Shown: one piece after another, positions 20,261-28,270 of the stretch | How the letters are laid out: every line of letters begins with the position of its first letter | Position numbering within the stretch: the stretch's first letter is position 1 | Assembly: GCA_963664705.1 (NCBI GenBank) | Contig: OY761556.1 | Location: 6,656,001-6,720,000, forward strand | Direction of reading: 5' to 3' | Source of the DNA: Acidobacteriota bacterium | GTDB taxonomy: Bacteria; Acidobacteriota; UBA6911 | Length of the DNA: 64,000 nucleotides | Notes under the pieces: generated by a model | Told to the model about the DNA's origin: nothing | What the model saw: only the letters and a program-made list of their open reading frames with translations | Databases searched by the model: none | Made by a program: the position numbers and the translations under genes

Positions 20261-20320
20261 TTGCGGATTTCAGATTGCGGATTGCGGATTAAACTGATTT
20301 ATAATTCGCAATCCGCAATT
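20260..20320. repeat. Heptamer (GATTGCG)n with inverted copies
   Basis: TTGCGGATTTCAGATTGCGGATTGCGGATT ... AATTCGCAATCCGCAATT; a related (GATTGAC) array lies at about 20654-20680. Confidence 0.65.
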
Positions 20321-20746
20321 TTTATCTCGTGGATAATCCGATGGTTTGGCACCAGGGTGCTCCCTCCGGTGCAAACAGGATTGAATGGCACACTCCAAAG
20401 GTTGCCGGTTGAAACTAAGGCATAAGAAATAACCTGATAATTTGGATGATGTTCTGATAGATTCCTGAAAGGCTGAAAGAATAAAGTAGGCTGTTAGTGT
20501 TTGGAATTTGCGAATCGAGGACAGGTGCGAGGCGTCTGCTATCCTGGTAACCTCATCGTTGTTACTGCCGTATTCCCGTGCAGCCCGATTTCCAAATTCA
20601 TGACTTTCGATACGCTCCGCACCGTATCCGGTTTGGGCGCTGTTTGAATTTATGATTGACGATTTGCGATTGACGATTGAAAAGCCTCCAATCGTGCATC
20701 GGCAGTAAATCAATGTCGCCTGCGAGAACAACATTAAGGAGGAAAG

Positions 20747-22204
20747 ATGATAAGTAAGGATGAGCTGGCAAAAATAGTTGGCAAGGAGAACGTGAGCGAT
20801 GCTCCGGAAATGCTGCTCAAGTACTCCAAAGACCGCAGCCTGGTTCCTCCGGGGATGCCCGAATATGTGGTCTGTCCGACAAGCTCGGAAAAAGTGAGCG
20901 AGATTTTGAAGTGGGCCAATACGAACAATGTGCCCGTCGTTCCGGTTTCTTCAAAGGTTCATTTTAATGGCGGCGCCATTCCGAAACAGGGCGGCGTTGT
21001 CATGGACCTGTCCAACATGAACAAAATTCTTGAAGTCGACGAAGACCTCAAGAAAGTCCGCATTGAAGCGGGCGTCACCTGGGGACAGTTGCATACTGTT
21101 CTGGCCGAAAAGGGCCTGCGCGTCCCGATGCCATTCCTGCCTCACGCAGACAGGTCTGTGCTTTCCGATTATCTTGACCGGGAAGTTCCGACCAACACCG
21201 TGTACGATTACGGCGAACCCATGCAGGCGTTCGAAGTCGTATGGCCGACCGGCGATGTGTTCCGCCTTGGTTCCGCCAGCGTGAACGGTTATCCCGATTC
21301 CGGTTCTCACGGTGGAAACCCCTCCGGTCCCGGTATCGATTTTTATCGTTTCGTGCAGGGAGCCCAGGGAACCATGGGTGTTGTGACCTGGACCAACCTG
21401 AAGGTGATGTACACGACGGCTAAAGACAAAGTATTCTTTGCCGCTATCGATGATCTGGCCTACGTGCAGGAATTCCTCTACCGGCTTCTGCCCCGCAGAG
21501 TCGGACAGGAAGTCGTCCTTCTCAACCGGACCGACCTGGCCACGATTGTTGCCGAAAATTTCCCGGCCGACTTTGAACGGCTGCGTGCAACTCTGCCTCA
21601 ATGGACACTGGCCATCGTGATTTCCGGCCTGGCTCGACGCCCCGATGAGAAGATTGCGTACGAAGTGAAGTTCCTCAAGGAACTGGTTCAAAACGAATAC
21701 CGCAAGATCACGATCGATGAAGCGCTGCCCGGATTCCCGGGACTCGGCGGAAAGCTCCTTTCATTGCTCCGCAACCCGTATCCTGCCAATGTGCCTTTCT
21801 GGAAGGATCGCTGGAAGGGGGCTTCCCAGAGCCTGTTCTTCATCGCCCGTCCGGAAAAGACTCCGAAGTTTGTTGAGATCGTTGAGGCTGTTGCCCCGAA
21901 ACACGGATACCCGGTTGCCGACATCGGAAGTTACATCCAGCCCATCGAGCACAACCGCGGTTGCCAGGTGGAATTCTCCTTCTTCTATGATGAGAATGAC
22001 GCTGCCGCCAAGGCGCGCATCGCTGCTCTCTACAAGGATGCGGCCCGCGCTCTGATTGCCGAGGGCGCTCTCTTTACCAGACCCTATGGCGATCTGGCGC
22101 CCATGGTCTACGAACGCGCTGCCAGCTATGTAATGGGGCTCAAACGGACGAAGAAGGTTTTCGACCCCAACAACATCATGAACCCGGGCAATTTGTGTTT
22201 CTAG
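20747..22204 (+). CDS. FAD-binding oxidoreductase (VAO/PCMH, GlcD-like)
   Basis: VVMDLSNMNKILEVD, VRIEAGVT, GAQGTMGVVT, KVFDPNNIMNPG. Confidence 0.85.
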   Translation: MISKDELAKIVGKENVSDAPEMLLKYSKDRSLVPPGMPEYVVCPTSSEKVSEILKWANTNNVPVVPVSSKVHFNGGAIPKQGGVVMDLSNMNKILEVDEDLKKVRIEAGVTWGQLHTVLAEKGLRVPMPFLPHADRSVLSDYLDREVPTNTVYDYGEPMQAFEVVWPTGDVFRLGSASVNGYPDSGSHGGNPSGPGIDFYRFVQGAQGTMGVVTWTNLKVMYTTAKDKVFFAAIDDLAYVQEFLYRLLPRRVGQEVVLLNRTDLATIVAENFPADFERLRATLPQWTLAIVISGLARRPDEKIAYEVKFLKELVQNEYRKITIDEALPGFPGLGGKLLSLLRNPYPANVPFWKDRWKGASQSLFFIARPEKTPKFVEIVEAVAPKHGYPVADIGSYIQPIEHNRGCQVEFSFFYDENDAAAKARIAALYKDAARALIAEGALFTRPYGDLAPMVYERAASYVMGLKRTKKVFDPNNIMNPGNLCF

Positions 22205-22214
22205 GGAGGCGACG

Positions 22215-23507
22215 ATGCCAACAAAAGTAAATTTGGAAACAACTGATCTGAATAATTATCGATACGACATGAGCCGCTGCATCAAATGCAAAGGCTGCTA
22301 TTGGGTCGAGCACACCTATATGCCCGGCACGAAGTTCAGCGTTCGCTGCCCCAGCAACTACTGGAACGATTTCGATTCCTACGGCGCCTTCGGGAAAATG
22401 CGAATCGGCACGGGTATGGTTGAAGGAAAACTCAACTGGACGCCGACATTGCTCGAAATTGTCTATGCGGATCCTCTTTGCGGCGCCTGCGACGTAGGCT
22501 GCAAGAGAAACCTCGATCTCGAAATCGAACTTTCTCTCGAAGCTATGCGCGTAAAGGCCGTCCAGGATGGCGTCGGCCCTATGCCGGCCCATAAAAAGAT
22601 CGCCGAAAATATCGCGGCTACGCATAACCTGTTCGGCGCGGCTCATGCCGACAGGAAAAGCTGGGTGACCAGTGATATCCAGGTTGCGGAAAAAGCGGAC
22701 GTACTCTATTTCGTCGGATGCACCGCATCCTACACGAACAAGGAAATCGCCCGGGCCACAGCCAAAATTCTCAACGCGACCAAAACGCCTTTCATGCTGA
22801 TGCCCGATGAATGGTGCTGCGGCAACACGCTGCAGTCCGTCGGCATGCTGGATGAAGCCCGCGCACTGGCGCAGCGCAATATCGAGATGGTGAAGAGCAC
22901 CGGTGCGAAGACCGTTCTGTTGTCCTGCGCCGAAGGCTACCGGATGTGGAAGGTTGAATATCCGAAGCTGCTCAACATCGCGACCTCCGACCTGCCGTTC
23001 AAGGTCGTCCATCTGACCGAATTCGCGGATGAAGCCCTCAAGAACGGTTCGCTCAAGCCGGTCAAAGCCGTCAACAAACGGGTGACCTATCACGATTCCT
23101 GCAGCATCAGCCGTCTGGCCGATCCATGGACACCCTGGAGCGGAGAACGTGGCTGGATGGGAACCGTTACCCCGCCGCTGAAACGCCGCCGTGGAACCAA
23201 GGGATTGTATGCGCAGCCGAGAAACGTGATCAACGCGATCCCCGGCGTCAGCTTTACTGAAATGATCCGGACCAGAGAAAACGCATTCTGCTGCGGTGCA
23301 GGACGCGGAGCGCAAGCCGCCTTCCCGACACTCGCTTCCACATCCGCGAAACACCGGATGGAAGAAGTGAAGGAAGTAGGAGCCGAAGTCCTGATTTCTG
23401 CATGCCCGTGGTGCAAAAACAACTTCGCGAGTGCCGTGAAAGAAGACGGCAACAGCGTGACGGTGATGGACTTCTCTGAACTTATTCTCGCTTCGTTGGA
23501 CGTATAG
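22215..23507 (+). CDS. (Fe-S)-binding CCG-domain protein (GlcF/HdrD-like)
   Basis: CIKCKGC..CP; YFVGC, WCCG, YHDSC, FCCGAG, SACPWC. Confidence 0.88.
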   Translation: MPTKVNLETTDLNNYRYDMSRCIKCKGCYWVEHTYMPGTKFSVRCPSNYWNDFDSYGAFGKMRIGTGMVEGKLNWTPTLLEIVYADPLCGACDVGCKRNLDLEIELSLEAMRVKAVQDGVGPMPAHKKIAENIAATHNLFGAAHADRKSWVTSDIQVAEKADVLYFVGCTASYTNKEIARATAKILNATKTPFMLMPDEWCCGNTLQSVGMLDEARALAQRNIEMVKSTGAKTVLLSCAEGYRMWKVEYPKLLNIATSDLPFKVVHLTEFADEALKNGSLKPVKAVNKRVTYHDSCSISRLADPWTPWSGERGWMGTVTPPLKRRRGTKGLYAQPRNVINAIPGVSFTEMIRTRENAFCCGAGRGAQAAFPTLASTSAKHRMEEVKEVGAEVLISACPWCKNNFASAVKEDGNSVTVMDFSELILASLDV

Positions 23508-23517
23508 GAGGAAACTC

Positions 23518-25197
23518 ATGGCCATAGTTAAAGAAGCATATAAAGCACTAGAAACTGTTGTCGGAGCCAAATACCTGTCCGACGATCCGGTTATTTGCGA
23601 AGGATACCGGTCCGGCCCGGCCGGCTACGAAGCGGGCACTGGGTATGAACGCGTGATGACCAAGATACCGGGCGCCGTGATCATGCCGAGGACGACGGAA
23701 GAAGTTCAGAAGATTGTCAAGATCTGCGTCCGTTATACTATTCCGTACGTTCCCTACAGCACCGGTTTTTACGGACCGCGCTCTCACCCACACATTGAGA
23801 ACGCGCTCCTCGTCGACCTCAAGCGCCTGAACGATTTCGAGTTCGATGAAAAACACTGGTATGCCACTCTCGGGACCGGCGTTATCTACTCGCAATTCCA
23901 GGAAGAATGCCTGAAACGCGGCGGATACGTTGTCATCGGCGGCGGCGGCGCACAGGCGTCCGTCATTGCCAACCTGATCGGTGATGGCTGGTCTCCTTTG
24001 AGCCATAGAATCGGTCTCCCGCATCGACGCATCCTGGGAACCGAGATGGTATTGCCCGATGGCGAAATCCTGAAAATGGGATCGCTGGCTGTCGGCGATG
24101 ACTGGTACTGGGGCGACGGTATCGGTCCGGATCTCCGCGGCATCCTCCGTGGTTACACCGGACTGCGCGGCTGCCTCGGCATCGTCACCAAGATGGCCGT
24201 GAAGGTGCTCCCGTTCCAGCCGGAAAAGCTCGTGCCCACAGGCATCGCGCCCAACACCGCGCTGGCACTTCCGGAAAAGCGGGTCAAGTGGATCAACTAC
24301 ATCATGCCCAGCAAAGACGCCCAGGTGAAGGCAATGTACGAAATCGGCAAGGCCGAAATCGGCGGCGCGGTAACCAAGGTTCCTCTATTCTGGCGCCACA
24401 TCGCAAAAGCGGAGTGCAAAGAGGATTTCTGGGAGACATGGCTGAAGGAAACGCCGCAGACTGTGGCTGATTTCCACATCGTGCGCGTGCTGCTCATCGG
24501 CTTCACCAATGAAGAACAGCTCACGTATGACGAGAATGTCCTCAATGACATTATGTTGGAATTGGGCGGCCAGGCGCGCCCGACAAAGCCCAGCGACGAA
24601 TCCTGGATCAAGAACGCAGATTCAGCCGGCATGTGGCTGATGTGCGGATCCTATGTATCCGTCGACTACGTTATCGAAACTCTAAAACAGGCCACGGAAC
24701 ATGGCCCGGTCTATGCGAAGCTGAAAGAGAAGTACACGCCTCCGCTCATGCCGGATCATGGCGATCCGGGTTGGTTCCAGAGCTTCGAACTCGGATACCA
24801 GGGCTATTCCGAATTCCTCATTTACTGGGATCAGGACGAAGATACGACGGGCGTCGATCACTTCTATCTTGAGACATCCAAGATGAACATCGATCACCGT
24901 TTCTATACCGCCCTGATCGGACCGCATCAGCCGATGTACCTCACCGGCCCGATGTACGGCCCGAACTACCATGAATGGATGATCCGGATTAAGGATGAAT
25001 TTGATCCGACCTGGGTTTGCCATCCGCCGGTACCGTTTGCCCACGATGAATTCGTGGAACGCGCACCCTGGATGCAGGAATTGAAAACCTGGAAAACTCC
25101 GAAGGAATATCCGTATCCGGAGTGGTTGAAGAAGCAGATGGCCGTGGAGACCAAAGCCTTCAAAGCAAGTTTGAAACCGGCCAAGGCTAAGAAGTAG
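23518..25197 (+). CDS. FAD-binding oxidoreductase (VAO/PCMH family)
   Basis: MPRTTEEVQKIV, LVDLKRLN, LGTEMVLPDGEIL, GPDLRG, GCLGIVTK, KDEFDP. Confidence 0.83.
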   Translation: MAIVKEAYKALETVVGAKYLSDDPVICEGYRSGPAGYEAGTGYERVMTKIPGAVIMPRTTEEVQKIVKICVRYTIPYVPYSTGFYGPRSHPHIENALLVDLKRLNDFEFDEKHWYATLGTGVIYSQFQEECLKRGGYVVIGGGGAQASVIANLIGDGWSPLSHRIGLPHRRILGTEMVLPDGEILKMGSLAVGDDWYWGDGIGPDLRGILRGYTGLRGCLGIVTKMAVKVLPFQPEKLVPTGIAPNTALALPEKRVKWINYIMPSKDAQVKAMYEIGKAEIGGAVTKVPLFWRHIAKAECKEDFWETWLKETPQTVADFHIVRVLLIGFTNEEQLTYDENVLNDIMLELGGQARPTKPSDESWIKNADSAGMWLMCGSYVSVDYVIETLKQATEHGPVYAKLKEKYTPPLMPDHGDPGWFQSFELGYQGYSEFLIYWDQDEDTTGVDHFYLETSKMNIDHRFYTALIGPHQPMYLTGPMYGPNYHEWMIRIKDEFDPTWVCHPPVPFAHDEFVERAPWMQELKTWKTPKEYPYPEWLKKQMAVETKAFKASLKPAKAKK

Positions 25198-25219
25198 TAT
25201 TTTTACCCCTTGTTGGACC

Positions 25220-25259
25220 AAGCCCGGACTGTGTTCCCATAACGCAGCCCGGGCTTTTT
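25220..25259 (+). terminator. Intrinsic terminator
   Basis: AAGCCCGGACTGTGTT...AACGCAGCCCGGGCTT followed by a T-run. Confidence 0.75.
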
Positions 25260-25433
25260 GCATTTATGGCCCACACGAGGCGCCCCCGTCCCGCCCAATG
25301 CCATTTACTTTTTTCGGGTATCTTTCTTTCGCCCCTGGCGGGTCCTGGCGGGGCTTGTTGATTCTTTGGTCGAGAACCAGGGGGTGCTGCGCTGCAGCCC
25401 TGGAACCGGACTTGACCGAAATAGTAACCCCGT

Positions 25434-25701
25434 TAACCGCAAAGACCTCGAAGACCGCAAAGAAAATATTTTTGAAGGCTTTGCGGCTATCATTCTCGCC
25501 AGATCATACGCCGGATTCCATCCTTGATGCTTCAACATTAGGCACCACTGACAAACGGACTCCAGCAATCCTGGCGCTGTATGGATTGCCACCGCTGAAT
25601 CGACAATATAATGCGCAACTTCTTTCCTATCCAGTACACTGTCTCATTGCCCAGCGGCAAATGAGCAAAAATCTTTGCGGTCTTCGCGGTCTTCGTGGTT
25701 C
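25434..25701. repeat. Inverted arrays of 9-mer repeats flanking about 210 bp
   Basis: AACCGCAAAGACCTCGAAGACCGCAAAGA ... TCTTTGCGGTCTTCGCGGTCTTCGTGGTT. Confidence 0.65.
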
Positions 25702-25797
25702 AAATATAAAAACTAAGCAACGCCGTTTATTTATGAAACCTGGTCGGTGAAAGAGGTCAAGCAGTTCCCGATGATAAATGCTGTGTTTGGGGAATAT

Positions 25798-25813
25798 TTC
25801 CCTGATCAGGGAA
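25798..25813. promoter_or_regulatory. Perfect 16-bp palindrome, candidate enhancer (UAS)
   Basis: TTCCCTGATCAGGGAA about 85 bp upstream of a sigma54 promoter. Confidence 0.5.
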
Positions 25814-25897
25814 TTAGTTCTGCCACGTGATTCTCTTTGGACATTCAGTAAACTGACATATAGATAGGTTTCCATCTTTTTTCAAAATGTGAAATTC

Positions 25898-25914
25898 CTG
25901 GCATACTCCTTGCA
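25898..25914 (+). promoter_or_regulatory. Sigma54 (-24/-12) promoter of the Crp/Fnr gene
   Basis: CTGGCATACTCCTTGCA, near consensus, GG-N10-GC. Confidence 0.8.
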
Positions 25915-25980
25915 TTTAAAACCGCTGTATCCGTGGAATCTTGTTTTTTAACGATAACCCTGCGTTTCAAGGAATAGCGC

Positions 25981-26679
25981 ATGAATACAGCGACTCCTTT
26001 GCCCTTTAACCTGCGACCCCCCGAGGCGACAGAGCAAGAGCCGACCGCGGCTTTGTTTGAATACATGGAGCAGCGCTTTGGCGATGCATGCACACAGCTC
26101 AAAGTAAAACGGAACACAGTCATCTGTACGCAAGGATCAAGGCCCTCGTGTCTTTATTTGATTAAACAAGGGGAGGTCTTATTAACACGGCTGTCGCCTG
26201 ATGGCCGTGAGACTCTGATATCCATTTTGGGACCCGGCGAATTTTTTGGTGAAAGCTCTCTTTTAAGCGGGACCGCGGTTACATTCAGTGCCGGTGCAAC
26301 AAGGCGATCAGTGCTGCTGCAGCTGCCTGACAGAAAATTCAGACTTTTGCTGAATGATCCTCAGGCTTGCCGCACGTTGCTGGAAGCCATAGCCAGGCGC
26401 TGTGATGACGCCTGGACTCAAATGGAAGTACTTGGATGCACGCACGTTCGTGACAAAGTGCGGTCCTGCCTTCTCTGGCTCTCCGGTAGAATCGGCGTAG
26501 AGACCGGCGACGGCGTCCGCATTGACCTCAACCAGACTCAGCTGGCGCGAATGGTCGGCTGTGCCCGCGAGACACTCAGTCGCGAGGTGAGCGAGTTGAG
26601 GAAGTTGCGAACGATCGATGTGCGCCACAGCAATGGACGAAAATCACTCTTCGTCGTCAATCCGAATGGTCTGAGCTGA
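25981..26679 (+). CDS. Crp/Fnr family transcriptional regulator
   Basis: LGPGEFFGE cNMP-binding fold; C-terminal HTH QLARMVGCARETLSR. Confidence 0.92.
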   Translation: MNTATPLPFNLRPPEATEQEPTAALFEYMEQRFGDACTQLKVKRNTVICTQGSRPSCLYLIKQGEVLLTRLSPDGRETLISILGPGEFFGESSLLSGTAVTFSAGATRRSVLLQLPDRKFRLLLNDPQACRTLLEAIARRCDDAWTQMEVLGCTHVRDKVRSCLLWLSGRIGVETGDGVRIDLNQTQLARMVGCARETLSREVSELRKLRTIDVRHSNGRKSLFVVNPNGLS

Positions 26680-26706
26680 TCCTTCCGGCCTATCGGGCTT
26701 CAAGCC

Positions 26707-26736
26707 ACAGGTTGCAGGTATGAACCTGCAACCTGT
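26707..26736. terminator. Hairpin after the Crp/Fnr gene
   Basis: ACAGGTTGCAGGT-ATGA-ACCTGCAACCTGT. Confidence 0.55.
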
Positions 26737-26834
26737 AAACCCATGCCATTTTTCTCCGAGTCTTCCTCAAATATTTTCCTCTCCCCCCTTCTGGGTTTGG
26801 GCTAAACTCTACACTCTTGTTCTGGAGGAGTTTC

Positions 26835-27017
26835 ATGAGTTCAAAAAGCCTTACGGTTACCTGTCCAATATGCGGCCGAAAAAATGATCACCCGGTGGAA
26901 TCTCTGGCAGAAGGGAAAATTATGGAATGCCCTTCCTGCAAAGTGAGACTCAATCTGCATGGCCACATGTGGGAGGAGATAAAGGCCGATCTGGAGAAGT
27001 TGGACCAGGAGGCTTAG
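26835..27017 (+). CDS. Small zinc-ribbon protein
   Basis: 60 aa; CPIC-x16-CPSC; GGAGG RBS. Confidence 0.7.
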   Translation: MSSKSLTVTCPICGRKNDHPVESLAEGKIMECPSCKVRLNLHGHMWEEIKADLEKLDQEA

Positions 27018-27066
27018 CCGATACGGCGCGCCACCGCTTCCCGCGAATTGTGCGAAGGAGACATTC

Positions 27067-27597
27067 ATGATCCTGACTCGTGACCGCATTTTGGACGCAG
27101 TGAAAAGGGGCGATGTCCAAATCGATCCATTTGATGAACGGGCACTCGATGCCGCATCCTATGATCTGACCCTGTTTCACCAGATTCGCGTTTTCATCGA
27201 AGGGCTTAACGAGATCGACCTGATGGATATTGCGCAGGACGCGCATAACCTGATGAAGATTACGCGGCTGGTGTCTATCCCGGAAGGCAGCTACTACCTT
27301 CTAAAGCCGGGTGAACTCGTTTTGGGCATGACCGTGGAAAAGCTGACGCTGGCGCCCAATATTGCCGGGTCGCTGGAAGGCCGAAGCCGATTCGCGCGCA
27401 TGGGCTTGATGGTCCATGTCACGGCAAGTTTCCTGCAGCCCGGAATCAACGGTACCCGACAGGTGTTTGAAATCTTCAATGCCAGTCGCAATGCGATCAA
27501 GCTGCGATCCGGCGTCCGCATCGCGCAGGTGGTGTTCGAGCGGTGCGAAGGGAATGCCGTCTACAAAGGAGTCTTTTCAAGGCAGCGCAAGCTGTAA
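27067..27597 (+). CDS. dcd: dCTP deaminase
   Basis: ASYDLTL, LKPGELVLG, EGRSRFARMGL, IAQVVF. Confidence 0.9.
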   Translation: MILTRDRILDAVKRGDVQIDPFDERALDAASYDLTLFHQIRVFIEGLNEIDLMDIAQDAHNLMKITRLVSIPEGSYYLLKPGELVLGMTVEKLTLAPNIAGSLEGRSRFARMGLMVHVTASFLQPGINGTRQVFEIFNASRNAIKLRSGVRIAQVVFERCEGNAVYKGVFSRQRKL

Positions 27598-27784
27598 CCG
27601 CCTCAAGCCTTTAACCCCCGATACCCTTTCAATGCCGTGGACCGCCACCTTGGCAAGAAGTGCGGCATGGAGTACGCTTAGGATAGACTGGATTTGGAAG
27701 TGACCGCATTGCTTGTGCTGCTGTCATCATGGTTTCCCCCCTTCTGACTGCAAAAGCGATGGATCGGGAGGGATTGTAGTACCC

Positions 27785-28270
27785 ATGGGAAGAACCATGA
27801 ATGCAGAATCCTGCGCGTATCGACCGATTGAAATACTTCTGGTGGAAGACAACCCCGGCGATGTGGAGTTGACCCGCGAAGCACTCGAAGCGGCGAAGGT
27901 TTTCAATCGGCTGCATGTTGTCGACGATGGGGCGGATGCCGTAGATTTTCTTTATCGACGGGGTAGATTTGCGCAAGCACCCAGGCCCGATATTATCCTT
28001 CTCGATCTGAACCTGCCAAAGAAAGACGGACGCCAGGTGTTGGCCGAAATCAAGGTGGATGCCGGACTGGCTCAGATACCTGTGGTCGTGCTCACAACAT
28101 CCCAGGCGGATGAAGATGTTTTCCGCGCCTATCAGCTGCACGCAAACTGCTATGTGACCAAGCCGGTCGACTTCAACCAGTTTCTGCACATCATATCCAC
28201 CATCGAGGAATTCTGGCTTACGGTCGTCAAACTGCCGAGGCATAACTCCGAAAGTCAAGGAGGGTTTTAA
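27785..28270 (+). CDS. Single-domain response regulator (Rcp1-like)
   Basis: [32 protein letters not shown]; start may be 27797. Confidence 0.9.
   Translation: MGRTMNAESCAYRPIEILLVEDNPGDVELTREALEAAKVFNRLHVVDDGADAVDFLYRRGRFAQAPRPDIILLDLNLPKKDGRQVLAEIKVDAGLAQIPVVVLTTSQADEDVFRAYQLHANCYVTKPVDFNQFLHIISTIEEFWLTVVKLPRHNSESQGGF

Noticed and set aside
20346-20361. Possible sigma54 promoter TTGGCACCAGGGTGCT
   Set aside because: GG-to-GC spacing is 9 nt rather than the required 10
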